From contig CAWGJS010000002.1 of assembly GCA_963822955.1 (NCBI GenBank), positions 2,295,688-2,359,687 on the forward strand: a stretch of DNA of 64,000 nucleotides. Direction: 5' to 3'. The translations under genes were made by a program, and so were the position numbers. Under the pieces are notes generated by a model that searched no databases, was not told where the DNA came from, and was given only the letters and a program-made list of their open reading frames with translations. The DNA is from an uncultured Actinomycetota bacterium. GTDB lineage: Bacteria > Actinomycetota > Actinomycetes > Streptosporangiales > Streptosporangiaceae. Positions 1 through 9,917 of this stretch are shown here, piece after piece (within the stretch, counting starts at the first letter, position 1; every line of letters starts with the position of its first letter).

Positions 1-698
1 AGCCAGAACCAGCGTTCCGAGACGAGGAGTTCATTCGCGCGGCAAAGCAGGCTGAGTCCTCAGTGTTTGTCGCGCATGTGCGGTGGGCGACCGCTGGCGG
101 CCGGACGGTGCTCAATACGCACCCGTTCGCCATGCACGGCCGCATCATGGCGCACAACGGCGGGTTTGGTGAGCTGTGGCGGCTGGATGAGCAGCTTGGC
201 CCCTATGCCAGCCTGGTGGCCGGCGACACCGACTCCGAACGGTACTTCGCGCTGATCACCCAGCAGGCCGACGCCCACGATGGTGACGTCGGCGCGGGTA
301 TCGCCGCCGCGGCTCGGTGGATCGCCGCCAACCTTCCAGTCTCTGCGCTGAACACCGTCGTCGCGGCGCCGGGCGAATTGTGGGCGCTGCGGTATCCGGG
401 CCAGCATGCTCTGCACATCCTCGAGCGGCAGGCCGGAGCGGGTGAGAGTCCCGACGCCCCGGCGGGCCTGCGGGTCCGCAGCGCAACATCATCAGTCCAC
501 ATACCCGCGCTGCAGTCCGCACCCTCTCTCGTCGTCGCCTCCGAGCGGCTCGACGGTGAGAGCGGCTGGCGGCTGCTCGCCGAAGGGGAACTCGTCCACG
601 TCCGGCCCGACCTGAGCGTCCAGTCAGCGGTGGTGATCACAGACCCACCAGCGCGCCTGGTTCCGCTCCCCAGTGAGAACCCGAACGTCGACACCTGA
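1..698 (+). CDS. class II (Ntn-type) glutamine amidotransferase, YafJ-like; 5' end lies outside the window
   Basis: The frame is open from nt 3 with no upstream stop. The translation ...VFVAHVRWATAGGRTVLNTHPFAMHGRIMAHNGGFG...DTDSERYF matches the GATase_4/YafJ core motifs. Confidence 0.7.
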   Translation, partial: PEPAFRDEEFIRAAKQAESSVFVAHVRWATAGGRTVLNTHPFAMHGRIMAHNGGFGELWRLDEQLGPYASLVAGDTDSERYFALITQQADAHDGDVGAGIAAAARWIAANLPVSALNTVVAAPGELWALRYPGQHALHILERQAGAGESPDAPAGLRVRSATSSVHIPALQSAPSLVVASERLDGESGWRLLAEGELVHVRPDLSVQSAVVITDPPARLVPLPSENPNVDT

Positions 699-828
699 AC
701 GGCAACCACCGCCCGGGCCGCTGGCTTGCCCGGCCACCCAGACCAGGTCACAGCCGCATAAGAGCGCAACTAATCCGGCGTGGCGGACGAGCCGCTGAGG
801 TCGTGCGCCGCATGGCCGGCGGCCGGCG

Positions 829-2319
829 CTAGCCGCCGCCGCTGCTGGGGGCTGGCTGTGACTTCGGTTTCAGTCTCGCTAGGGCAGGCGCCGCCGGGCG
901 CAGTGCCAGGATCTCGCTGATGCCCCGGGCGATGCAGGTCCGAAACAACGCCGGATCAGTGATGGCTGCGGCATCCGTATTGATCCCTATGCAGCAGGTC
1001 CCTGCGTGCGAGATCAGAGTGATCATGGCAGCGCAGCCGGGCAGCGGACCGAACGGGTACATGCGTGTGATCCTTGCCCCGGCCAGGTAGACCGGGTAAG
1101 GGATGCCGGGCACGTTACTGACCTGTGCGTCATTGCTGGCGGTAATGCTGGCCAGAACTCGTGCCACCAGCGGGCCAGGCAGATGGCTGAGCGCCGGGGA
1201 GAGCAGCGCTGCCGCATTTACCGCAGGCTCTGCCCTGGCAGCGATCACGAATTCCCGCACTTGCCGCATGCGCTCCCGCGGATCGCGCTCGGCGACCGGA
1301 GCGGCGAACCGGGCAGCAGCGAAGCGGTTGCCGCCGACCGCGTCCGTCGCGGTCCGCAGGCTGATCGGCATCGCGACGGGGATCGTGTCGACGGGTACGC
1401 AGAAGTGCTCGTGATAGCGGCGGAACCCGCCGAGCACCGCGGCCACGAACGCGTCGTTGACCGAACCGCCCGCCGACTTCGCTGCCGCCTTCAGGTCGGC
1501 CAGCGGAACCTCGGCGATCTCGAACCGCCACTCCAGGCTCCGCGGGCGCAGCAGCGGCGAGGACGCTCCGGTCACCGGGTCGGCCACGCGCCGGAGGGAG
1601 GACGCGAATGCGACCGCATCCAGCACCGAGCGCGCAGGCGATCTCAGCGCCTGGGCGGCGAGCCCGACAGCGACAGCCGACTGCCGGATCGCCCATCCGG
1701 GGGCCTCAGCGACCTGCCGTGCTGCCTGAGCCGCGAGTATCTCCACCGGAGTGCGCGTATCAGCTGGCGGCGCTGCAGGTTCTGGCCTGTCGCGCATCGG
1801 CTCACGGGTGCGACTGTGCAGCATCGCCAGCAGCTGGACGCCGCCTATTCCATCGGCTATGCAGTGGTGAGCCTTCAGGATGTAGGCGGCACGGCCGCCT
1901 TCTAGGCCGTCGATGACAACGGCCTCCCACAGCGGCCGGGTCAGGTCGAACGGGCGCATGGCGACAGACTGCGCGATCTCGAGCACCTGGCTTAGCGTGC
2001 CCGGAGCCGGCAAGTGCACGTGCTTCAGGTGGTAGCCGAAGTCGAGCTCGGCCTCGGTCACCCACGCAGGCGCGCCCAGGGTCAGCGCTGGCTCGACCAC
2101 CCTCTGCCGGAACCTGGGCACGACGCGGGAGGCCCAGTCATGCGCCCTGAGTAGCCGGTCGGCGTCCGGGACCTGATCAAGGACCTCGACTAGCGTCAGC
2201 GTCGACCGGAGCCGCGGATCAGCCTCGGCGCGCCACATGACGGTCTCGAACGCGTCCATTTCCGCCGCCGCAGACCACTCCGCCCCGGCCGCGACGAGAT
2301 CAGGCTGATGCCCGGTCAT
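829..2319 (-). CDS. wax ester synthase/diacylglycerol acyltransferase (WS/DGAT) family
   Basis: Carries the catalytic HHxxxDG motif (KAHHCIADGIGG) and has WS/DGAT-like length. The ORF is open to 2379. I prefer the start at MTGHQPD (2319). Confidence 0.8.
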   Translation of the reverse strand: MTGHQPDLVAAGAEWSAAAEMDAFETVMWRAEADPRLRSTLTLVEVLDQVPDADRLLRAHDWASRVVPRFRQRVVEPALTLGAPAWVTEAELDFGYHLKHVHLPAPGTLSQVLEIAQSVAMRPFDLTRPLWEAVVIDGLEGGRAAYILKAHHCIADGIGGVQLLAMLHSRTREPMRDRPEPAAPPADTRTPVEILAAQAARQVAEAPGWAIRQSAVAVGLAAQALRSPARSVLDAVAFASSLRRVADPVTGASSPLLRPRSLEWRFEIAEVPLADLKAAAKSAGGSVNDAFVAAVLGGFRRYHEHFCVPVDTIPVAMPISLRTATDAVGGNRFAAARFAAPVAERDPRERMRQVREFVIAARAEPAVNAAALLSPALSHLPGPLVARVLASITASNDAQVSNVPGIPYPVYLAGARITRMYPFGPLPGCAAMITLISHAGTCCIGINTDAAAITDPALFRTCIARGISEILALRPAAPALARLKPKSQPAPSSGGG

Positions 2320-2766
2320 CGTGGAGCTACCCGTCCTAGGTCCGGACCAGCCGACGGGCTGGCCAGCGGGCCGGCGCACAGCCGGCGGACCTCGGCGACA
2401 CCTTTGGTCAGCTCATCAGTCGTGCACACACCGACCACAACGTCGACAACTTCCTCAGCGACCGTCACCGGTGACCTCCGCCCGCAGCGAGGCATCCACG
2501 AATCGGCGGTACGGACGCACGCGACCTGGTCACGCACGTACACCGAGGACTGCTCACGGCGCCCCGTCAGCTCCACGCTACCCGGTTGCAGGACGACCCT
2601 GAGCCTGGGCAAGCTTCAACGTCCACCACTGCGCCGTCGAGCGCAGCCCGGCCTACCTGTGGAACTGAACTGACCCGAGTTTCGTCCGCACCTCCTTCTG
2701 AGAGAAGGAGACCGGCACGATGCTGAAACAAGGGCAAGTACGGCAACGAGACCAGGACCAAACGCG

Positions 2767-2961
2767 GTGCGGCTGGTCCGCGAGCACGCTGGGGACCACC
2801 CGACTGAGCGGGCGCGATCACCGCGGTACCTGCCCAAAGGCACCGACCTCAGCGGCTACGCCCAGGCCGACCTCGACCAGCTGGCGCAGCGGCTCAACAA
2901 CCGGCCGCGCAAAGGACTCGGCTACATCACTCCTGCTGAGTGTGTTGCCTTGACCCCCTGA
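2767..2961 (+). pseudogene. IS30-family transposase, C-terminal fragment only
   Basis: The tail YLPKGTDLSGYAQADLDQLAQRLNNRPRKGLGYITPAE matches the conserved IS30 C-terminus (FPKGTDLS...LN.RPRK.LG..TP.E). No catalytic DDE region lies upstream. Confidence 0.6.
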
Positions 2962-3068
2962 ATCTAAGACGAGTTTCTTCGCGCGGGAGTGCGACCCGCT
3001 GGCGGGCCACTCAGGGTCTTGCTCCCGGCTGTATCGCGGCGCGACCGCACCTCTTGCCGGGCCGTCAA

Positions 3069-3437
3069 TTAAAGCACCGGCATGGCCGCCCGCAGTGAGC
3101 GTCCGCCGCCGGCTTCGGCCTCTTCCACGCTGGCCAGCACGGGAAAGACACCCGCGAGGCCGGTGAGGGTAAGAAATCGGAGCACCTGTTCTTGCGGCGC
3201 GGCGAGCAGCAGATCACCCCCGGCACGCCGAGCCTCCTGGCGCGCCAGCACCAGTGCCGCAGCGCCGCTGGAGTCGATGAATTCCAGGTCCGTCAAGTCG
3301 GCGACGATCTCCGGCCCGCGGGCTGCGACCGCCAAGAGCGCGGCCCCGAGACTAGCTGCTTCTGCTACGTCAAGTTCTCCGCGCAGCGCGACGACAACGT
3401 GGCCGCCACACTCGCCGGTACTGTCCGCACTGAACAT
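3069..3437 (-). CDS. STAS-domain anti-sigma-factor antagonist
   Basis: VVALRGELDVAEAASLGAAL...LTDLEFIDSSGAAALV...LLAAPQEQVLRFLTLTGL is a typical SpoIIAA/RsbV-like STAS pattern. Confidence 0.8.
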   Translation of the reverse strand: MFSADSTGECGGHVVVALRGELDVAEAASLGAALLAVAARGPEIVADLTDLEFIDSSGAAALVLARQEARRAGGDLLLAAPQEQVLRFLTLTGLAGVFPVLASVEEAEAGGGRSLRAAMPVL

Positions 3438-4132
3438 TGAGGACGCCTCCCTGCTACGCAGCAAGGCGGGGTCTTGACCGAGCGGCTCGTTTCGCCAGTT
3501 CTGACATGCACACTACGCCAGAGTCCCGGCACTGCGTGCACGGCTGTGCCCGCTGACCGCGGCCGGGCGGATTGCCTGCAAGCCAGTCGGGCATGACGCG
3601 CAGCATCACCCTGCAGTCCGCACTAGCGCGCGCCGGAAACCGGGCACTGCCGCTGGGATTCGGGCTGCGAAAGCGGCCATGGCGGCCTTCACACTAGGCG
3701 GCACCAGCTGCAAGGCGTGGGCGGGTTGCGTCGTCTGGAATATGACCGGCCACGGCGCTTCTGCCGCGGACCGACAGGCGGCTGCCATAACACAACCGCG
3801 CCGAACCGGCGCCTGGGAACCCGGCCTGGGCCTGCCTCCGAAGACCTCGACGATCTCGCCCGTCGGCCCGATGGCCCACGGTGCTGGCGTGCACGTGGAG
3901 CCGGTTCCCTACGGCCACTTGCAAGCGCCTGCCTGCTCGCCCGCGTCCATCCGGCGGCATGTTCGCAATCTGTCGCTGACCACCCCAGTGCATTTACGGC
4001 CGGGGCGCGTCTGTCATTTCTGAGATTTCGACGAGGTGTTCGATTTCTGACGGTTATCAAGTCGTTCATGATTCGCCATTTCATGGCTCGGGCCGTACAG
4101 TAAAAGGTGTATGGAAAAAGGGGGGAACGAAG

Positions 4133-4762
4133 GTGGACGCCACCGCACGCAACGCACAGCGCGGCACCGGCCGCCTCGGCGCGACGGCGGGCACCTTCTC
4201 GCACGACGGCACGCACGGCCGGGACGGCGACACCCGCTCAGACGTCCCCGACGACGAGCACCCGCGCGGCGCGCACGGCCCGATCCTGACGGCCGACGAC
4301 CTGGCGGTTCTGGAAGCCGAACTGGCCCGTCAGCGCGCCGCAGACACAATCGCTGTGGATAGGGATCGAGCGTCCATGCCATCGATCAAGCCTGACAGGA
4401 TTCGCAGCAACTTCACCAAGTCGCCTAAGACCGGCGACATCGGATTCACCATGACCGTCGTCGCCCGCAAGAGCGGCATCGAGGTCAACGGCGACCTGAT
4501 CGGCCCGCGCGAGCAGGGCTGGGCGAGCGCAGCCGAGCGCTTCGGCCGGTCCCTGGCCGTGCTGTGCAAGGACGACGAGCACAAGCGCCAACAGCAGGCC
4601 AGGGCCGGAGCCTCCAGCCCGGCCCCATCGGCAGCGTGGGCATCATCTGACTGCGCAAGGCCAGGACAGCGTCGCCATGACCGCGTTGCGCGAGGCCCGC
4701 ACCTGGCAGATGAACCCGTCATGAGCACCCGCCACCCGGATGCCGGCCACAGGGGGAGGTGA
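4133..4762 (+). CDS. hypothetical protein (orphan); 3' third is of doubtful coding quality
   Basis: GTG start preceded by aaaagggggg. Third-position GC is high over roughly the first 170 codons. No family recognised. Confidence 0.3.
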   Translation: MDATARNAQRGTGRLGATAGTFSHDGTHGRDGDTRSDVPDDEHPRGAHGPILTADDLAVLEAELARQRAADTIAVDRDRASMPSIKPDRIRSNFTKSPKTGDIGFTMTVVARKSGIEVNGDLIGPREQGWASAAERFGRSLAVLCKDDEHKRQQQARAGASSPAPSAAWASSDCARPGQRRHDRVARGPHLADEPVMSTRHPDAGHRGR

Positions 4763-5001
4763 CAACAATGACGAGCCACTACAGCCAGCCGTCGATCCAG
4801 ATCGTCGCGGTCGAGTACCCGGCGAGCGTGCTCACCCACCTCCGCAAGGAGCACGGCCGAGACGCCCCCGCCAAGGGCAGCGACGGCACTATCCACGACG
4901 CCGTACAACAGCATCTGACCGCGCACCTGCACGGCCAATTTCGCGGCAACGGCCACTACCACGTCCGCAACTCGAAGGCGCCCACGCCAAAGGCCGGTTG
5001 A
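4759..5001 (+). CDS. hypothetical small protein (orphan)
   Basis: ATG preceded by a strong SD (GGGGGAGGTG) and overlapping the upstream stop by 4 nt. No family recognised. Confidence 0.4.
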   Translation: MTTMTSHYSQPSIQIVAVEYPASVLTHLRKEHGRDAPAKGSDGTIHDAVQQHLTAHLHGQFRGNGHYHVRNSKAPTPKAG

Positions 5002-5456
5002 TCACCAGCCAAGGCACCGAGCCAACTCCCGTCCGGTGCCTCCACCGGGTGATCATGCCCGGAGCTTGCAGGTCCCGGCAGCCCGGGTAAGAGTCTAGGA
5101 AGGACTCTCCATATTTATGTACGTCCGGTGTCGCCGCGGATGTCGCCCATCTGGACGATGCCGCGGCCCACCCGGCGCAGAGCCTGCCCACCTGAGGGCA
5201 ATCAGTGCAAGAGTTCTCCAGCATCCTTGCGAGAGCACCATGACACTCGGCTGGAATGGCCGGCGCATATGTATGACCGCTGGGCGTGTGACGCTGCAGG
5301 GCCAGCGAATCACTTTCCGGCCCGGAGGAAAGGCGGATCGGGGCGCGCGGCACGGACATAGGCTGCAGGCATGAGTGGCACGGTCGCGCCACGCGCTGCA
5401 GCGCGCGAGGTGCGAGCAACCTGCCGCCTGGGCTGGTCCGGCCTGGCGGAGGCACG

Positions 5457-6341
5457 ATCCTGGATGCGATCGGCAACACGCCGCTGATCATGGTTGACGG
5501 GATCTGGGTCAAGCTCGAGTACCTCAACCCGTCCGGATCCATCAAGGCGCGCATCGCCCGGTACATGATCGAGCGGGCGGAGCGGGAAGTGCTGCTGCGG
5601 CCCGGGGACACCATCGTGGAGGCAAGCAGCGGTAACACCGGGAACGCGATGAGCATGGTCGCGGCCGTCAAGGGCTACCGGATGCTGGTGGTCATGCCGA
5701 ACGGGATGAGCGGCGAGCGGCTGGCGATCTCGCGGGCCTTCGGCGCGCAGGTCATGACGCTCGGCGACTTTCATGTCAATGACGCGCTGGCCAAGGTCGC
5801 CGAACTGGGCCGCCAGCCGGGTTACTTCGCACCGCAGCAATTCGATTCGGAGTGGAACGTCGAGGAAAACCGCACCTGGCTCGGCCCGGAGACGCTCGCT
5901 CAGCTGCCGGACGGCGCGGTGCCGGACGCCGTGGTCGGCGGGGTCGGCACCGGGGGCACCATCGTCGGGGTGGGTCAGTGCTTCCGCGAGCGGAACCGGT
6001 CCTGCAAGGTCGTCGCCGTCGAGCCGAACGAGTCGTGCTTGCTGATGTGCGGCGAAGTCGGCCGGCACCTGATCGAGGGCATCTCCGACGGCTTCGTCCC
6101 CGGCATCTTCGCCCGGCACGGGCACATCATCGACGAGATAGTCGCGGTGGACAGCGACGCGGCGATCAGCGAGATGCGCCGCCTGGCCCGCGAGTTCGGG
6201 CTGTTCGTGGGCCCGAGTTCCGGCGCGCACCTGCTCGCCGCGCACGAGCTGCGAGCCCGGCACCCCGACCTCCGGCACGTCGTCACGTTCTTCTGCGACG
6301 AGGGGGAGAAGTACATCAACGACTACTTCCTCGGCACCTGA
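5457..6341 (+). CDS. cysteine synthase / PLP-dependent (fold type II) CysK-like enzyme; start codon unresolved
   Basis: Carries NPSGSIKAR (PLP lysine), SSGNTG and GVGTGGT motifs. The conserved N-terminal ILDAIGNTPLI (5457-5489) lies upstream of the first ATG/GTG/TTG (5490). GGAGG sits at 5447-5451. Confidence 0.75.
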   Translation: MLDAIGNTPLIMVDGIWVKLEYLNPSGSIKARIARYMIERAEREVLLRPGDTIVEASSGNTGNAMSMVAAVKGYRMLVVMPNGMSGERLAISRAFGAQVMTLGDFHVNDALAKVAELGRQPGYFAPQQFDSEWNVEENRTWLGPETLAQLPDGAVPDAVVGGVGTGGTIVGVGQCFRERNRSCKVVAVEPNESCLLMCGEVGRHLIEGISDGFVPGIFARHGHIIDEIVAVDSDAAISEMRRLAREFGLFVGPSSGAHLLAAHELRARHPDLRHVVTFFCDEGEKYINDYFLGT

Positions 6342-7037
6342 TCAGGCCTCTGCCAGCCCCGCCGCCGCCCGCAGGCGGGGTACCCGGTGTCCTGCCGTGC
6401 GTTCCCGCCAGCAACCACAGTCCGCATTCGCGGCACTGCCCCCCTTGGGGCAGCAATGGCCATACCTCCAGGCGAGATCCGGCGCAGGTGGGACAGATAG
6501 CCCGGCGGCGGCCCACAACCATGTCCACATCGGCAACGTTGGCCTTTCGCTCGAGTTCATGGCGGATTGGATCATCGAGCGTCAGCGCAACGCGCCGGCG
6601 ACCTGGCACCCGAGTGCTGCCTTCCTGACCGGACTGCTGACGAGTGCCCCGCCACGGCAGTTGGGCCGGTGCTCTTGACGGCGGGGCTCAACAGCCTCAT
6701 CGACCTCAAACGCGATCCGGCCGGACACCGGCCCGCAGCACGAATGGCGGGCGGGGCATCCGGCGAGTCGGCGGCGATGGGAGGAGCTGGAAGATGGCGG
6801 GCGCGGCGGCACAGCCAGCGCGCTAGGTTCGCCCGGCTGGTGACGACAGGTAAGCCCGGCGCCGTTCGACGCGAAACCATGAGCCGATGGAACTGCGCGC
6901 AAGTGACGGACACGTGATCGCCCTCGAAATAGCCGGCGATCACGACGCGGCCCCTGTCCTTCTCTGCCATGGGCTGGCTGATTCGCGGCTGGCCGCACGG
7001 TGGCTCGGGTAGGCGGCGCGGGAGCTATGACTGGCCG

Positions 7038-8246
7038 TCAGGCTGGCAGCGGCTGGTGCGGGTAGTCGGGTGAGCGGTGCTGGAATGACAGGATGCGCGG
7101 GTTCTGGATGACACCGTCGCGGATCTCGATCGACCGGCGGACAGTACGGTCTGCTTCCCACGACCCGGGACCGGCAAGCACGGGCCGCAGGAGCGGCAGG
7201 AGCGCTTCGCTTATTTCCCAGGTAGCTGAGTCCCACAAGTACGACGGACTGTGATCCACGCCGTAATAGCGGACATTATTCCCGACCGTGAACATGGGCT
7301 CGGTGAAGGAAGTCGGCCGCGCCCAGCTGAATCCCATGCCCTCATCGCAGGAGACGTCGACGATGAGGCTGCCGGGCGCGAACAAGCCCAGGTCGTCGCT
7401 CGTGACGACCATCAAGGGCGCGTCGGTGTCCTGCAGCACGCAGTTGACCACGATGTCGTGCTCGGCCAGGAACGCCGCCATTTGCACCCGGCTGCCTTCG
7501 CGCAGCACGTGGCAGCGGCTCGGGTCATCGTCGTCCACTGCGAAGTGCACGATGCGCGCGGAGTGGATCGGCGAGGCTACCGCGTTGATGGCACGATGCG
7601 TCAGCACGTCGACGTCGCTCACGCCATGGGCGTTGAGAGCGGTCACAGCGCCCCGCGCGGTAGCCCCGAAGCTGATGACGGCCGCCCGCAACCGCCGGCC
7701 ATATCCACCGGTTACCCCCGCGAGTGCCAGGGCGTGCAGCACTGAGCAGTAACCGGCCATTTCGTTGTTCTTATGAAAGACGTGCAGGCTGAAGGAGCCG
7801 TCGGCCGCCCAGTAGTTCATCGCCTCGAACGCGATCAGCGTGAGCCGGCGCTCGATACTCAGCTGGGTGATTTCCTCGTCCTGAACACAATGCGGCCAGC
7901 CCCACAAGACCTGTCCCGCTCGCATGTCTTCGAGGTCGGCGGCCTGCGGCTTGGGGAGCAGGATGACATCGCAATCCGCGACGAGCTCGGCACGGGTCCG
8001 TAGCCCCGCGACGCTTTGCGCGAGCTGCTCGTCGGAGACGCCGAAGAGCTCTCCGTAACCTCGCTCAAGGTAGATACGTTTCCGCAAGTCAGCAGCAATC
8101 CGCCGGACGTGCAGCGGGTGGATCGCGAGCCTGCGCTCGTTCTCCTTCCGCGACCGGCCCATGACACCGAGGCTCAGCTGATCCACGCGCGCTCCCTTGC
8201 TGGGCTGTGCAGCACACCCCCGCGGTCGCGCAGCCTGGGCAGCCAC
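7038..8246 (-). CDS. alanine dehydrogenase/PNT-family enzyme, N5-(carboxyethyl)ornithine synthase-like
   Basis: MGRSRKENERRLAIHP...GQVLWGWPHCVQ...HKNNEMAGYCSVLHAL matches what I recall of the CEOS-like family. The start may be at 8162 (MGRSRKENE). Confidence 0.6.
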   Translation of the reverse strand: MAAQAARPRGCAAQPSKGARVDQLSLGVMGRSRKENERRLAIHPLHVRRIAADLRKRIYLERGYGELFGVSDEQLAQSVAGLRTRAELVADCDVILLPKPQAADLEDMRAGQVLWGWPHCVQDEEITQLSIERRLTLIAFEAMNYWAADGSFSLHVFHKNNEMAGYCSVLHALALAGVTGGYGRRLRAAVISFGATARGAVTALNAHGVSDVDVLTHRAINAVASPIHSARIVHFAVDDDDPSRCHVLREGSRVQMAAFLAEHDIVVNCVLQDTDAPLMVVTSDDLGLFAPGSLIVDVSCDEGMGFSWARPTSFTEPMFTVGNNVRYYGVDHSPSYLWDSATWEISEALLPLLRPVLAGPGSWEADRTVRRSIEIRDGVIQNPRILSFQHRSPDYPHQPLPA

Positions 8247-8690
8247 ACCGCAAAGCTGCGCCCTAACGCCAGGCTAGGCCTGATCGAACTGGGCACGCCC
8301 CGACATCAGCTCGACGGCAAGAATCCTGCCGCCTGCCCGGCCGTACTGATGACGGTAGCAAAGCAGGGGAGCGTGCTCGCGGTCAGCGCCAGCGGCCAGG
8401 GAGCAACGTAACGAACCCTCGCGTATCGATACCAGGACGCTGCACAGTCATGCGAGCTGAACCGGCCATTGCAAACGTCCGCATCTGCGAGGCGTGGAAC
8501 TCGCGGACCGCTGATGGCAAGAGGGCCCGGCCGCCGTGCGGACCGGGCACGCTGATCGCGGGCGCACCTGGCTGGCAGCTGCAATTACGGTCACAGCCTG
8601 TTACCTCGCGGTCGCTCGCGGCGCGGTTCGCGGTGACGGAGAGCCCGGCTCGCACGGCGCTGAGCTGAACCTCGAGCACGAGCCTGGCGT

Positions 8691-9890
8691 TCAGCGTTGC
8701 GTTAGTGCTGCCTGGATTTGCGTGTCGGAGTAGATGTCTGCGATGGGGATGGATCCGCCGAGGACGCCGAAAATCTGGCTGGCCAGGTCGGGTTGTTCCG
8801 CTGCCGCCCGGTAGAGCGCCTGGTGGCGGGCCGGGAGCGCCGCGAGCCTGGCGGTGGCCAGGGTCAGTTCGAAGCCGTTGGCCGTTAGCCGGTCGCGGCG
8901 ACGCTGATAGCCGGCAAGCGCGGCGTCCATGGGCTGGCGCCCGGTGAGCCCGTCGTGGATGGCACCGGCTAGCAGGTCGGCGGCCAGGAAGGCGTCGGAC
9001 ATCCCCATGCCGGTGGATGGGTCTTTGTGGTGACCGGCGTCGCCGGCGAGCGCCCATCCCGGTCCTGCCGATTCCCGGTACAGGTTGGGCAGGTCGCCAG
9101 TGCCGGCGAAGCGCTGGTCCCGGCGTCCGGACTCGACGGCCTCGTGCAATCCGGGAACGAGTTTCAGCGCAGCGTGGAAGCTGCCTTCGATGTCCGTGCG
9201 CACCTGACGGAACTCCTCATGGCGCCAGGCGACGTAGATGCACGTCAGGTCGTCGTTGGTGGGCCACGTCAGGATCAGCCGACCGGGCCGGGCATGAAAG
9301 GACGCGCCCAGATGGCTGATCCCGCTCCAGTAGGAGTAGTAGACCGCGGTGAGCGGCGGATGGCTACGGTAGGCCCGGGCGACAGCCTTCCGTGCGATGG
9401 TCGAGTGCAGGCCGTCGGCGCCGACAACGAGCCTGGCTGGCAGCGACGACTGCACGGGCGAACCCGAGGTGTGGCCGCGCACGCCCGCCACCCGGCCATC
9501 CGACCACAGCAGGTCACCGACCACGAAGCCGTCGATCAGCTCCGCGCCGGACTCGGCGGCTGCCTCGGCCAGCAGCGCGTCGAGTACGGTCCGCCGCGGG
9601 CAGTACGTTTCTGCGACACCGCCGACGGCCGGGCCGATGCCGGTCAGCTGCACCGGCCCGGTGTCGAAGGTGATCTGGCGGATCGGCGCGCAGCCGCGTG
9701 CCTGCAGCCGTCCGAGGAGCCCCCAGGCTTTCAGCCGGGCCGCGCCACGCTGCCACAGGAAATGCGTCGACATAGTGTCGCTCGGGAACGACGCCCGGTC
9801 GGCCAGGGCGACCTTGTGCCCGGCGCGCGCCAGCAGCATGGCCAGCGGCGCCCCGGCGCAGCGTGCGCCGACCACGATAACGTCATACAT
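8691..9890 (-). CDS. FAD-dependent oxidoreductase (geranylgeranyl-reductase-like / flavin monooxygenase)
   Basis: N-terminal Rossmann motif MYDVIVVGARCAGAPLA and a late GDAGHHKDPSTGMGM FAD-binding motif. Confidence 0.8.
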   Translation of the reverse strand: MYDVIVVGARCAGAPLAMLLARAGHKVALADRASFPSDTMSTHFLWQRGAARLKAWGLLGRLQARGCAPIRQITFDTGPVQLTGIGPAVGGVAETYCPRRTVLDALLAEAAAESGAELIDGFVVGDLLWSDGRVAGVRGHTSGSPVQSSLPARLVVGADGLHSTIARKAVARAYRSHPPLTAVYYSYWSGISHLGASFHARPGRLILTWPTNDDLTCIYVAWRHEEFRQVRTDIEGSFHAALKLVPGLHEAVESGRRDQRFAGTGDLPNLYRESAGPGWALAGDAGHHKDPSTGMGMSDAFLAADLLAGAIHDGLTGRQPMDAALAGYQRRRDRLTANGFELTLATARLAALPARHQALYRAAAEQPDLASQIFGVLGGSIPIADIYSDTQIQAALTQR

Positions 9891-9917
9891 GGACAGGCGC
9901 GGTGGACCCGGTGATGG

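Noticed and set aside
2692-2710. A small perfect hairpin CTCCTTCT-gag-AGAAGGAG next to the IS30 fragment.
   Set aside because: It is an 8-bp stem with a 3-nt loop and no matching partner repeat elsewhere in the window. That is insufficient to call an IS terminal repeat or a terminator.
5310-6278. Long antisense or off-frame ORFs opposite well-supported genes. Other examples are 10187-10951(-), 14129-15196(-), 23268-24380(+), 26836-28350(+), 39587-40726(-), 50635-51585(-), 51834-52763(-) and 55304-56251(-).
   Set aside because: These are typical shadow ORFs of roughly 70% GC DNA. Their translations are Arg/Gly/Pro-rich with no motifs, and the opposite or alternative frame carries a clear homolog.
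6342-7037. Short ORFs, including a Cys-x2-Cys...Cys-x2-Cys segment (AICPTCAGS...QCRECG, minus strand).
   Set aside because: There is no continuous frame, the ORFs on both strands overlap in conflicting ways, and no family was recognised.
8250-8690. A 440-bp gap between the CEOS-like gene and the FAD oxidoreductase, containing small ORFs.
   Set aside because: The translations in all frames lack motifs, RBSs and coherent GC3. I treat it as non-coding or decayed sequence.
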